This document shows positions 55,679-64,000 of a stretch of DNA of 64,000 bases, one piece after another. A program made the translations under genes and the position numbers. Position 1 is the first letter of the stretch; every line of letters begins with the position of its first letter. The notes under the pieces are model-generated. The model did no database searches and was not told the DNA's origin. It saw nothing but the letters and a program-made list of their open reading frames with translations. Where the stretch lies: NCBI GenBank assembly GCA_025362975.1, contig JANYES010000011.1, forward strand, positions 129,581-193,580, in the 5' to 3' direction. The stretch comes from Alphaproteobacteria bacterium. Lineage in GTDB: Bacteria > Pseudomonadota > Alphaproteobacteria > Rickettsiales > SXRF01.

Positions 55679-58063
55679 ATGACATCACGCACTGCCAGCA
55701 AGCCCACTCCCGAAGATTTCGGCCGTCACCCTCTTAGCGTATTGGGCGGGGCAACGCTCGCCCTTTTCTCGTGCTACCTGTTCTTATGCCTCGTCAGCTA
55801 CAATCAGGCGGACCCTTCACTCAACCGCGCCGCCGACGGCCCGATCACCAACGCGGGCGGTTATTTCGGCGCGCTGATTTCCGACCTCGCGCTGCAACTG
55901 CTCGGCCTCGCCAGCATACTGGTCGTCGTCGTTCCCGCCGCGTGGAGCCTCAAAATCATCCGCCAGCAACCGATTACACATATGTGGCTGCGCTTCAGCC
56001 TGCTCATCGTGTCACTGGTGCTTTCCTCCTCCCTCCTTACCCTGATCGAGCCGACCATGTCGTGGCCCATCGTCAGCGGTTTCGGCGGTTCCATCGGCAC
56101 CGTTATCCACGACACGTTCTACCGCACGTTTAAAAGCAAACTCTTCGTCAGCATCGTCGCCATCATCGACTGCATTACCATCAGCCTCGCCTTCGGCATG
56201 AGCTGGAGCGAATGGAAAAATGTCGGCCGCATCATCCGCCACGCTTTCTTGGTTGTCAGCGGCCTCGTCATCTCCGCCATCCCGCGCAAGCATCGCGACG
56301 AGGATGAAGAATACGAAGAAGAAGAATACGACGAAGAGCACCTGCCGTGGCACCATCGCCTTCGCGCCGCCATCGGCGAACGCTTAAGCTTCCTTCATCG
56401 CAACAGCGCCGAAGAAGACGACGAGGAAGACGAAGAAGAGGAAGTAGAATACGAAGAAGAAGACGAGGCAGACGAAAAAGCGGCTCCGCGTGTGAAGAAA
56501 AAAGACAAAGCCATCACCAAAGCTCCCCCGGCCACACCTAAAGTGCAAGCCACCCTAGCGCTGGCGCAGGGCGACTATGAGCTTCCGCCGATTAAACTCC
56601 TCAGCCTGCCGCCTAAAAATCGCAAGCCCAATCAGAACGAAACCGCCCTCACCCAGAACGCCAAGCTGCTCGAAAGCGTGCTTCAGGATTTCGGCGTCAA
56701 CGGCGACATCGTGGAAATCCGCCCCGGCCCAGTGGTCACCTTGTATGAGTTAGAGCCAGCCGCTGGCACCAAATCCAGCCGCGTCATCGGCCTCGCCGAC
56801 GATATCGCCCGTTCCATGAGCGCCATCTCCGCCCGTATCGCCGTTATCCCGGGCCGCAACGCCATCGGCATCGAATTACCGAACGCCACGCGCGAAACCG
56901 TTTACTTCCGCGAAATGTTAGAGAACGCCTCCTTCGAATCCAACGAATCAAAATTGCCACTTGCTCTCGGCAAAGACATCGGCGGCAACCCGATCATCGT
57001 CGACCTCGCGCGCATGCCGCATCTGCTCGTCGCCGGCACCACCGGTTCGGGCAAATCGGTGGCCATCAACACCTTCATCTGCTCGCTGGTCTACCGTCTG
57101 ACACCAGACGAATGCAAATTCATCATGATCGACCCGAAGATGCTTGAGCTCTCTGTCTATGACGGCATCCCGCATCTGCTGTCGCCGGTGGTAACCGAGC
57201 CGGGCAAAGCCGTCGTCGCGCTTAAATGGACCGTCAAGGAAATGGAAAACCGTTACCGCCTGATGTCCAATCTTGGCGTGCGCAATATCGAAGGTTACAA
57301 TAAGAAAATCCGTGAAGCCAAATCCAAGGGCAACACGCTCTCGCGTCAGGTCCAAACCGGTTTTAACCCCGACACCGGTGAACCGATCATCGAGGAAGTG
57401 CCACTTGACATGAACGAGCTGCCATTCATCGTCGTCGTCGTCGACGAAATGGCCGACCTCATGATCGTCGCGGGCAAGGACATCGAAGGCTCCATTCAGC
57501 GTTTAGCGCAGATGGCGCGCGCCGCAGGCATCCACATCATCATGGCCACGCAACGTCCGTCGGTCGACGTCATCACCGGCGTTATCAAAGCCAACTTCCC
57601 GACGCGTATTTCGTTCCAAGTAACCAGCCGCATCGACTCCCGCACCATCTTAGGTGAACAAGGCGCCGAACAGCTCCTCGGCCAAGGCGACATGCTCTAC
57701 ATGGCCGGTGGCGGGCGCATCACCCGCGTCCACGGCCCGTTCATCTCGGACAAAGAAGTCGAGCAGATCGTCACCCACCTGAAAGCCCAAGGCACGCCGC
57801 AATACGTCGAAGACGTCACCCGCGACGAAGAAGCCGAAGGCGAGATGGACTTCGGCGAAGGCGGCGAGAAAGACGAAATGTACGACCAGGCCGTTAACAT
57901 TGTCGCCCGCGACCGCAAAGCGTCCACCAGCTATATCCAGCGCTGCCTCAAAATTGGCTACAACCGCGCCGCCTCCATCATCGAACGCATGGAACGCGAA
58001 GGCATCGTGGGTGCCGCCAACCATGTCGGCAAGCGTGAAGTGCTGGTGAAGGAAGACAGCTAG
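55679..58063 (+). CDS. ftsK: DNA translocase FtsK
   Basis: N-terminal TM helices. Acidic linker (EDEEYEEEEYDEE...EEDDEEDEEEEVEYEEEDE). Motor PHLLVAGTTGSGKSVAINT, VVVVDEMADLM, QRPSVDVITG. Gamma domain YDQAVNIV...STSYIQRCLKIGYNRAASIIERME. Confidence 0.96.
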   Translation: MTSRTASKPTPEDFGRHPLSVLGGATLALFSCYLFLCLVSYNQADPSLNRAADGPITNAGGYFGALISDLALQLLGLASILVVVVPAAWSLKIIRQQPITHMWLRFSLLIVSLVLSSSLLTLIEPTMSWPIVSGFGGSIGTVIHDTFYRTFKSKLFVSIVAIIDCITISLAFGMSWSEWKNVGRIIRHAFLVVSGLVISAIPRKHRDEDEEYEEEEYDEEHLPWHHRLRAAIGERLSFLHRNSAEEDDEEDEEEEVEYEEEDEADEKAAPRVKKKDKAITKAPPATPKVQATLALAQGDYELPPIKLLSLPPKNRKPNQNETALTQNAKLLESVLQDFGVNGDIVEIRPGPVVTLYELEPAAGTKSSRVIGLADDIARSMSAISARIAVIPGRNAIGIELPNATRETVYFREMLENASFESNESKLPLALGKDIGGNPIIVDLARMPHLLVAGTTGSGKSVAINTFICSLVYRLTPDECKFIMIDPKMLELSVYDGIPHLLSPVVTEPGKAVVALKWTVKEMENRYRLMSNLGVRNIEGYNKKIREAKSKGNTLSRQVQTGFNPDTGEPIIEEVPLDMNELPFIVVVVDEMADLMIVAGKDIEGSIQRLAQMARAAGIHIIMATQRPSVDVITGVIKANFPTRISFQVTSRIDSRTILGEQGAEQLLGQGDMLYMAGGGRITRVHGPFISDKEVEQIVTHLKAQGTPQYVEDVTRDEEAEGEMDFGEGGEKDEMYDQAVNIVARDRKASTSYIQRCLKIGYNRAASIIERMEREGIVGAANHVGKREVLVKEDS

Positions 58064-58518
58064 CGTTCCTGCTGCGGGTCGCCTTTGTTTGCCTTAATCC
58101 ATTTACTGACAAGCTCGGCGCGTTTCTCGTCGTCATAAACGCGCTTATCGAACTGCGCCTTATCCTTTTTCAGCATTTTTTCCGGCGCCGGTCCGGGCGC
58201 CAGCGCATCGAGCCCGTCAATCGCCTGCTGGATCTGGTAGATCGTTTCATCCACGTCACGACGCGCCAGCAATCGCTTTTCGGCGCGTGACAGGGGCTCT
58301 TCCAACACCTGTAGCTCAAACCGAACATTGAGCAATTGCGACAGCAATCCGTCGCCCACACCAAGCTTCTTCAGCTTCCAGGATAACTGCCCCACGACAT
58401 AAATATACTCCTCATATTCAGTGGCCAGCCAGTCAATTTTCCTGTTCGGCGGCACCAGCCCCTGCTCGCGAATCGCCAGTTCCAGCGCTTTGCGATAAGG
58501 ATCGCCGTGTTCTTCCAT
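58060..58518 (-). CDS. Hypothetical protein (orphan) between ftsK and lolA
   Basis: 152 aa, helical, protein-like composition. The 3' end overlaps the ftsK stop by 4 nt. No motif recognised. Confidence 0.5.
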   Translation of the reverse strand: MEEHGDPYRKALELAIREQGLVPPNRKIDWLATEYEEYIYVVGQLSWKLKKLGVGDGLLSQLLNVRFELQVLEEPLSRAEKRLLARRDVDETIYQIQQAIDGLDALAPGPAPEKMLKKDKAQFDKRVYDDEKRAELVSKWIKANKGDPQQER

Positions 58519-58576
58519 TGGATATTCCTTACGAACTATGTTAGTTTGCCTTAACCCCTAATCACGTGAATATATC

Positions 58577-59230
58577 ATGAAACGTCTCGTACTCCTGCTC
58601 ATTTTTCTCTTTGCCGCCTCCCCCACCCACGCCGCGGACAGCACCATGTTCTACAATGCACAGCAAATCGCCCAGAATAAAGAAACCATCGACCGTCTGC
58701 AAACCTATCTCAGCACCCTCACCACCATCGTCGCGGATTTCACCCAGACCGCGCCGGACGGCAATCTCTCCAGCGGCAAATTCTTCCTTGAACGCCCGGG
58801 CCGCATGCGCTGGCAGTATAACCCGCCCACCCCCATCCTGATGGTCTCCAACGGCTCTGAACTGGTTTATTACGACTACGAACTCGAACAAGCCAGCCAC
58901 ATCCCCCTCGACCAGACTCTGGTCGGTTTCCTGGCCCAAGAGAACATCCGTTTCTACGACCAGCACAACTCGGAAAACCAGGTAGGCATTACCGAACTCA
59001 CCGTCAGTCCCAGCGCCATCCGCATCAGCCTCGCCCAGCGTGAAAAACCCACCGACGGGCAGCTCATGCTCGAATTTTCCGACCATCCGCTTTTGCTGCG
59101 CAATATGGTCATCCGCGACGCCACGAATCAGGTCACTACCGTGTCGCTCAATAACGCCCGTTTCGGCATCCCCATCGACAAAGAATTATTTATCTTCCGC
59201 GAACCCGGTAAAAAGCACAAAATTCACTAA
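58577..59230 (+). CDS. lolA: Outer-membrane lipoprotein carrier protein LolA
   Basis: Signal peptide MKRLVLLLIFLFAASPTHA. ADFTQT...GKFFLERPGRMRWQY...VSNGSELVYYD. Confidence 0.85.
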   Translation: MKRLVLLLIFLFAASPTHAADSTMFYNAQQIAQNKETIDRLQTYLSTLTTIVADFTQTAPDGNLSSGKFFLERPGRMRWQYNPPTPILMVSNGSELVYYDYELEQASHIPLDQTLVGFLAQENIRFYDQHNSENQVGITELTVSPSAIRISLAQREKPTDGQLMLEFSDHPLLLRNMVIRDATNQVTTVSLNNARFGIPIDKELFIFREPGKKHKIH

Positions 59231-59373
59231 TACAGCCACTTACGAAAACACCATCCTGTTTTTACGCAAAAAAATCGTCCAACTGTCATTGAATGTTCAC
59301 ACAGTGGCCCCATATAGTGTGATATAACTATTGTAACGCTGTAACACTAAGAAGGAAAGGCTGTTTTACCATT

Positions 59374-59592
59374 ATGGACTCACCGAAAAACGATGCTGAT
59401 TCAAGAGAACAAGCTTACTCGCTGATGATGGATTCGTTGACGATTGCATACGTGCGGCCGGTGATGACCGAAACCGGTAAAAACTACGCCGTCTGCACCG
59501 CCGACGGCACCCAGCTCGCCGTCTTCGGCACGCAGGACGCCGCCTATTTCGCCGCCAAGCAGCACGATCTGGAACCAACCCTCGTTCACTAA
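59374..59592 (+). CDS. DUF1150-family small protein
   Basis: IAYVRPV...[35 protein letters not shown], typical of the alphaproteobacterial DUF1150 family. Confidence 0.7.
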   Translation: MDSPKNDADSREQAYSLMMDSLTIAYVRPVMTETGKNYAVCTADGTQLAVFGTQDAAYFAAKQHDLEPTLVH

Positions 59593-60146
59593 TCCAGCTT
59601 CGCCAGCATCCTCACCAGCGTCATCGCAAAGAACAGCGCCAGTAGCCATTTGAACTTGGCGAACCGGTTGTAGTTGTGCGGCAGGTAATCCCGTAGCGCC
59701 ACGCGCACTTCAGGTTCCATGACTTCCATCATCGGCGGGTTAGTGGGATCGAAAATTTCCTTGTGCTTGAAGCGCGACAGCTTGATTTCCTTATCGTGCC
59801 AGCGCACCGGAATCAGGTGGATGTCGCTGCCCTTATCGCCCACCTCGTAGTGATATTTCCCCGAAACCGTAGCAATCACCGCCACGTTAAGCGTTGGCAG
59901 CTTCACCACGATCAAATCTTCCACCTGCACCCCGCTGAACTGGCTCCAGAACCGGTCCACCCTCCGCGCGAGGGATTCCGGCGGCTCGGCTGGATAAAGC
60001 ATCTTCATCAGGTTGCGCGCCGCGAGCGGGCTTTTGACCAGCGACAGATCCGGCAACTGCCCAAACGGAAGCACCAGATCGCTGCGTTCGAAAACGCCTT
60101 TTTCGTCCTCCGGCGTCATCTCCTGACGCAATACCCAGATGCTCAC
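59589..60146 (-). CDS. Hypothetical protein translationally coupled to queC, C-terminal TM anchor
   Basis: GTG at 60146 overlaps the queC stop (GTGA). MSIWVLRQE...[25 protein letters not shown]...[11 protein letters not shown]-terminus [17 protein letters not shown]. Confidence 0.55.
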   Translation of the reverse strand: MSIWVLRQEMTPEDEKGVFERSDLVLPFGQLPDLSLVKSPLAARNLMKMLYPAEPPESLARRVDRFWSQFSGVQVEDLIVVKLPTLNVAVIATVSGKYHYEVGDKGSDIHLIPVRWHDKEIKLSRFKHKEIFDPTNPPMMEVMEPEVRVALRDYLPHNYNRFAKFKWLLALFFAMTLVRMLAKLD

Positions 60147-60835
60147 GCGTAAGCCCCCGAGTCGCTCATGCCGTTCTCACGGAAGCCCTTGAGCCGTAGG
60201 CTGCACGCATCGCAATGCCCGCATGCCGCCCCTTCCGGCGTCGGGTCATAGCAGCTCGTGGTGATCGAATAATCGACTCCGAGTTTCGTGCCGGTTTCCA
60301 CGATCTGCGCCTTGCTCATCGAAATCAGCGGCGTATGCACGCGGATGCGCTGCCCGTCGTCTTTCACGCCAAAGGCGGTGGCAAGATTGGCCATCGTCTC
60401 GAATGCTTTGATAAACTCCGGCCTGCAATCGGGGTAGCCGCTATAATCCAGCGCATTCACCCCGATGAAAATATCATACGCCTTCAACACCTCCGCCCAC
60501 GCCAGCGCGAACGATAAAAACACTGTATTGCGCGCTGGCACATACGTCACCGGAATCCCGTGCGACATTTCTTCCGACTCCCGGTCCTTAGGGACCGCAA
60601 TGGCATCCTCCGTCAATGCCGAGCCGCCAATGCCGCCCAGATCGATAGTAAACACCTGGTGTTCCTTCACCCCCGCTTGTTTGGCAATAGTTGCCGCCGC
60701 CTTCAGCTCATGCGCGTGGCGCTGCCCGTAATTGAACGACATGGCATACACATCAAACCCCTGAGACTGGGCAATTGCCAGCACCGTGGTAGAATCCAGC
60801 CCACCAGAAAGTAATAAGACAGCTTTTTTTGTCAT
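60143..60835 (-). CDS. queC: 7-cyano-7-deazaguanine synthase
   Basis: [14 protein letters not shown] (PP-loop), NYGQRH, C-terminal zinc cluster [17 protein letters not shown]. Confidence 0.95.
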   Translation of the reverse strand: MTKKAVLLLSGGLDSTTVLAIAQSQGFDVYAMSFNYGQRHAHELKAAATIAKQAGVKEHQVFTIDLGGIGGSALTEDAIAVPKDRESEEMSHGIPVTYVPARNTVFLSFALAWAEVLKAYDIFIGVNALDYSGYPDCRPEFIKAFETMANLATAFGVKDDGQRIRVHTPLISMSKAQIVETGTKLGVDYSITTSCYDPTPEGAACGHCDACSLRLKGFRENGMSDSGAYA

Positions 60836-60990
60836 TGTATATCCATTGGTTAGGCTTCAGCTTCGAAACTGTCACAAATAAAAATCTAGCGTAACACAAC
60901 CTTAACTTATGTTAGCTATCATAGTGATGTATCTTAACCCTGACATTAGTTCTTGTTTTCAATGTTTTCAACAAACGAAGGAAAAAACCT

Positions 60991-61536
60991 ATGGCACGTA
61001 TAGATTACCAGCACATCGAAGCGGTGATTAACCTCGCTAAAGCTGCCGCTCTTCTTGAACAACCCGCCAGCACGCTCGTTAACAGCATTTTGCCTGACCT
61101 TAAACTGACCGACAAAGAAATTCAGCTTTTCGCCGCGCTGGGCAAGGCTCGCGATCTTAAAGGCCTGAAAACCGACGAAATGAATTTCACCATCGACATC
61201 GAGGATAAAGGCAAAGCCGAGCGCGCCGTCGACATCCATTTCAGCAATACTAACTGGGGCAGAACCGGCTCGCGAGAGCACAGCGCCCTCGTTGAAAATA
61301 TCGTCCAGGCCGTTCAGGATGCGTTTCCCGCAGGCAATTCCGGCCCGATCAAAGGTAGCCTGACCGTCGGCTGGCAGAACTACGACACCGGCGCCATCGG
61401 CTCGCATGACAACGGCAACCTTCAAGCGGTTCCCGTCAGCGACGCGCTCGCCGCCGTTGAAACCGTCAATAAAACGATGGAAAAAATGGCAGCCGCACGC
61501 CGCGCCCACGCCGAAAAATCGACCGGCGTCGCCTAA
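60991..61536 (+). CDS. Hypothetical protein (orphan) between queC and queE
   Basis: GAAGGAAAAAA RBS region. Protein-like composition. Preferred over the antisense ORF 60946..61557, which has Gly/Phe/Arg-rich antisense-type composition. Confidence 0.5.
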   Translation: MARIDYQHIEAVINLAKAAALLEQPASTLVNSILPDLKLTDKEIQLFAALGKARDLKGLKTDEMNFTIDIEDKGKAERAVDIHFSNTNWGRTGSREHSALVENIVQAVQDAFPAGNSGPIKGSLTVGWQNYDTGAIGSHDNGNLQAVPVSDALAAVETVNKTMEKMAAARRAHAEKSTGVA

Positions 61537-61572
61537 AGCAATTGATAGCAGCCGCAACCTCCGCTGCGGCTG

Positions 61573-62250
61573 CTATTCAATCCCCAAAATTTTATGCGTC
61601 TGTAACGACAATATATAGCCGTGGCGCATCGCCAGTTCTTTAGCATAGGCTAAGTTCTCCGCATTACGCTGCGGGTCATATTCATCCATCGGCTGGATAT
61701 AGACGGGAATCGAAAATCCCGCCTGCCCGACATCCCCGACTTTCTGATACAGCGCATCGTGCTTCGACACGATAAACTTGAACGCCTGCACCTTCGGCAG
61801 CAAATCCCCGCGAATCGGGAAATACCCGCCGCCCGTATTCTTCGGGGAACAGATGATCGACACTGACTCCGGCAGCGGCCTGAACAGCGTCCCGTTCGTC
61901 TCGATCTGCACCTTAAACCCCGCCCCGATCAACGCCTCGCACAGCGGCACGATATTCTGGCGCAACGGCTCCCCGCCGGTAATCACCACCAGCCTGCGCA
62001 CCCACGCGCCTTCATCGTTCAGCGACAGCGCCTTCACCTGTGCCAGCAGCTCGGAAAGTTCCATCGAGCGATAATCCTCAAACTCCGTATCACAAAATAT
62101 ACACGCGAGGTTACATCCGCCCAAGCGCACAAATACCGACGGCTGCCCCACGAACGGCCCCTCGCCTTGCAGCGTCGGGAAGATGTGCTTCACCTCCAGC
62201 ACCTCGCCGTCACCCGCCACGGGCGGGCGTATGGGGTTTTTGCCGAACAT
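61573..62250 (-). CDS. queE: 7-carboxy-7-deazaguanine synthase (radical SAM)
   Basis: FPTLQGEGPFVGQPSVFVRLGGCNLACIFCDTEF...VVITGGEPL. Confidence 0.93.
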   Translation of the reverse strand: MFGKNPIRPPVAGDGEVLEVKHIFPTLQGEGPFVGQPSVFVRLGGCNLACIFCDTEFEDYRSMELSELLAQVKALSLNDEGAWVRRLVVITGGEPLRQNIVPLCEALIGAGFKVQIETNGTLFRPLPESVSIICSPKNTGGGYFPIRGDLLPKVQAFKFIVSKHDALYQKVGDVGQAGFSIPVYIQPMDEYDPQRNAENLAYAKELAMRHGYILSLQTHKILGIE

Positions 62251-62637
62251 TTAGAAAATCGCCATCAGCGCCAGGATGGCGATCACTGAAAACGTCCCGA
62301 TCATTCCGCCCATGCGGAACAGGAACATGTTGGGATTTTTCACCTCCATCACAATCAGGCTATACGCGTGCGACAACCGCGCCGCCACCAGCGCTATGCC
62401 CAGAATCGACAGCCCCACATGCGCACTTCCATTTAACTCATCCAACCCCATCAGCACCAGCGCCAGCGGCACATATTCCGAGAAATTCGCGTGCGCGCGA
62501 ATCTTGTGCTGCATCACATTATCCCCGCCGTCGCCAATCGCCAGGCGCTGCGCATAGCGCCCCCGGATCACGATCACCGCCAGCCCGATATAGATCAGCG
62601 CCAGCACCCCTGCAAAAAACGCCGTGACATGCACCAT
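62251..62637 (-). CDS. MAPEG-family membrane protein
   Basis: 128 aa, four TM helices, RGRYAQRLAIGDGGD...HKIRAHANFSEYVPLAL. Its stop abuts the queE ATG (TAAATG). Confidence 0.75.
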   Translation of the reverse strand: MVHVTAFFAGVLALIYIGLAVIVIRGRYAQRLAIGDGGDNVMQHKIRAHANFSEYVPLALVLMGLDELNGSAHVGLSILGIALVAARLSHAYSLIVMEVKNPNMFLFRMGGMIGTFSVIAILALMAIF

Positions 62638-62716
62638 ATAAATCCCTTATTTTAGTGTTCCTTGCGAAAATACGCCAATGCGCCCCGGAAACCAAGCAAA
62701 ACTAGGAACTAAGGCA

Positions 62717-63910
62717 ATGAAAAAGAAACAGGATGCCACCAAGTGGAAACTAGCGACGAAACTGGTTCGCGGCGGGCGCATCAAAACCTCGATGGGCGAG
62801 ACGTCCGAAGGGCTTTTCCTCAATTCTTCCTATAGTTACGAGTCCGCCGAGGAAGGCGAAGGCCGCTTCGACGGCTCCATCCCCGGCTTCAAATATGGCC
62901 GCTATTCCCACCCCAACCTTGCCATGCTCGAAGAGCGCCTCTCCCTCATGGAAGGTTCTGAAGCCTGCGTCGTCACCGCGTCGGGCATGGCCGCGGTCTT
63001 TGCCAGCTTCATGTGCCAGCTCAAGGCTGGCGACCATGTAGCGGCCTCCGCCGTGCTGTTTTCCTCCTGCCACTACATCATCACCGATTTGCTGCCGCGC
63101 TTCGGCATCACCTATTCGCTCGTCGAAAGCGCCGACATGGCGGCATGGGCCAAGGCCATCACCAAAAAGACCAAGCTTGTCTTCATGGAAACCCCCGCCA
63201 ACCCCACGCTCGAACTCGTCGACATCGCCGCCGTTGCCAAGCTCTGTAAAAAAACAGGCGCGTGCCTGATCGTCGATAACGTCTTCGCCACGCCGCTGCT
63301 GCAACACCCTCTCCAGCTCGGGGCTGACGTTGTCGTCTATTCCACCACCAAGCATATCGACGGCCAGGGCCGCACGCTGGGTGGGGCCATTCTCGGCAGC
63401 AAAGCCTTCATCGAAAACACCGCCCTGCCCTTCATCCGCCACACCGGCCCGCACATGAGCGCATTCAACGCATGGGTCTTGCTGAAGAGCTTAGAAACCT
63501 TGCCGCTTCGCGTCGCCCGCCACTGCGACAACGCCGAAGTGCTCGCCGACCTTCTCGCTAAAAGCAGCAAGCTCTCACGCCTCATCTACCCCGGCCTCAA
63601 ATCCCACCCGCAATACGCCATCGCCAAAAAACAGATGGATCGCGGCGGCCCGATGATCGCCTTCGAACTCAAAGGCGGCAAAAAAGCCGCGTTCAGGTTC
63701 ATGAATGCGCTGCAAATCATCGATATTTCCAACAACCTCGGCAATGCCAAAAGCCTCATCACCCACTCCGCATCCACCACGCATGCCAGCATCGGCGCGC
63801 CAGCACGAAAAGCGCAAGGCATCACCGACGGGCTGGTCCGCCTGTCAGTCGGCATTGAGGATATTGATGATTTGCGCGCCGACATCGAAACGGCTCTGAA
63901 AGCGGTCTAA
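62717..63910 (+). CDS. metZ: O-succinylhomoserine sulfhydrylase / cystathionine gamma-synthase family (PLP)
   Basis: TKLVRGGRIKT...YGRYSHPN...ASGMAAV...ETPANPTLELVDI...VVYSTTKHIDGQGR (PLP Lys)...RLSVGIEDIDDL. Confidence 0.88.
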   Translation: MKKKQDATKWKLATKLVRGGRIKTSMGETSEGLFLNSSYSYESAEEGEGRFDGSIPGFKYGRYSHPNLAMLEERLSLMEGSEACVVTASGMAAVFASFMCQLKAGDHVAASAVLFSSCHYIITDLLPRFGITYSLVESADMAAWAKAITKKTKLVFMETPANPTLELVDIAAVAKLCKKTGACLIVDNVFATPLLQHPLQLGADVVVYSTTKHIDGQGRTLGGAILGSKAFIENTALPFIRHTGPHMSAFNAWVLLKSLETLPLRVARHCDNAEVLADLLAKSSKLSRLIYPGLKSHPQYAIAKKQMDRGGPMIAFELKGGKKAAFRFMNALQIIDISNNLGNAKSLITHSASTTHASIGAPARKAQGITDGLVRLSVGIEDIDDLRADIETALKAV

Positions 63911-64000
63911 CTACTTCTTCGGCCCGACGTTGTTCGCGTGGCTGCCTTTGATGCCTTTGACATGCGCGGGAAGCTCCGTGCTGCGTTTCACCGCCGTTTC
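63911..64000 (-). CDS. C-terminal 29 codons of an unidentified convergent gene; continues past the window end
   Basis: The reverse strand reads ...ETAVKRSTELPAHVKGIKGSHANNVGPKK* with TAG at 63913-63911. Identity unknown. Confidence 0.3.
   Translation of the reverse strand, partial: ETAVKRSTELPAHVKGIKGSHANNVGPKK

Noticed and set aside
56290-56480. Repetitive GAAGAA/GACGAA tracts that look like a short tandem repeat array.
   Set aside because: The tracts are in frame inside ftsK and encode the acidic Glu/Asp linker. There is no spacer/repeat organisation, so this is not a CRISPR array or a satellite.
60836-60990. A preQ1 riboswitch upstream of queC.
   Set aside because: The reverse-strand leader lacks the short hairpin plus A-rich tail (…CCC…CUA-AAAAA-CUAAGG type) of preQ1-I. 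No match was seen.
62638-62716. A possible SAM-II (or SAM-V) riboswitch in the metZ leader, as is common in alphaproteobacteria.
   Set aside because: I could not find the conserved AAAGCU element or a convincing pseudoknot pairing by eye. It needs cmsearch with RF00521/RF01826 before any claim.

Overview
This 64-kb window is a chromosomal segment of a flagellated alphaproteobacterium. The class call rests on ctrA with a TTAA-N7-TTAA box, ccmC, fdxA-carD, DUF1150, ffs-dnaX-ybaB-recR and ftsK/lolA. I cannot fix a taxon below class level without a database. The backbone is GC-rich: 60-nt lines I counted by hand gave about 55-62% G+C. It carries housekeeping genes (nifS-like/Rrf2/cysE, ssb, uvrA, lepA, fliI/fliJ, ubiX, aguB/aguA, queC/queE, metZ) mixed with many orphan proteins.

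The main accessory feature is an AT-rich block of about 12.8 kb (two hand-counted lines gave 33% and 37% G+C). It begins at the CCA end of tRNA-Ala(GGC) and spans roughly 19.1-31.9 kb.
- Module 1 is bracketed by ~134-bp imperfect direct repeats. It holds a His-tailed DMT transporter interrupted by an in-frame TAA, plus SelO.
- Module 2 is a self-contained multistep phosphorelay. It contains a free Hpt protein, a membrane-anchored receiver with an unrecognisable domain, and an APC-type permease fused to HAMP-HisKA-HATPase-REC-REC. That fusion now carries one in-frame TGA and two homopolymer frameshifts. It is followed by a FIST protein that overlaps a paralogous hybrid kinase, and by a second receiver with an unknown N-domain. 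No integrase is visible.

Other notable points:
- A CsoR/RcnR-family repressor with non-canonical ligand positions. TATACC-N7-GGTATA sites lie upstream of it and upstream of the neighbouring PstS-like/porin operon.
- A tandem pair of soluble M48-like proteins. One keeps HEMGH but is split by an in-frame TAG. The other is intact but has lost the motif.
- A GluTR(HemA)-like protein that lacks the NADPH glycine motif.
- A DprE1-like/GT-C/DprE2-like trio.
- CarD with a histone-H1-like N-terminal tail.
- An SRP RNA hidden inside the over-extended dnaX ORF.

All functional calls rest on motif recognition by eye. No database search was possible.
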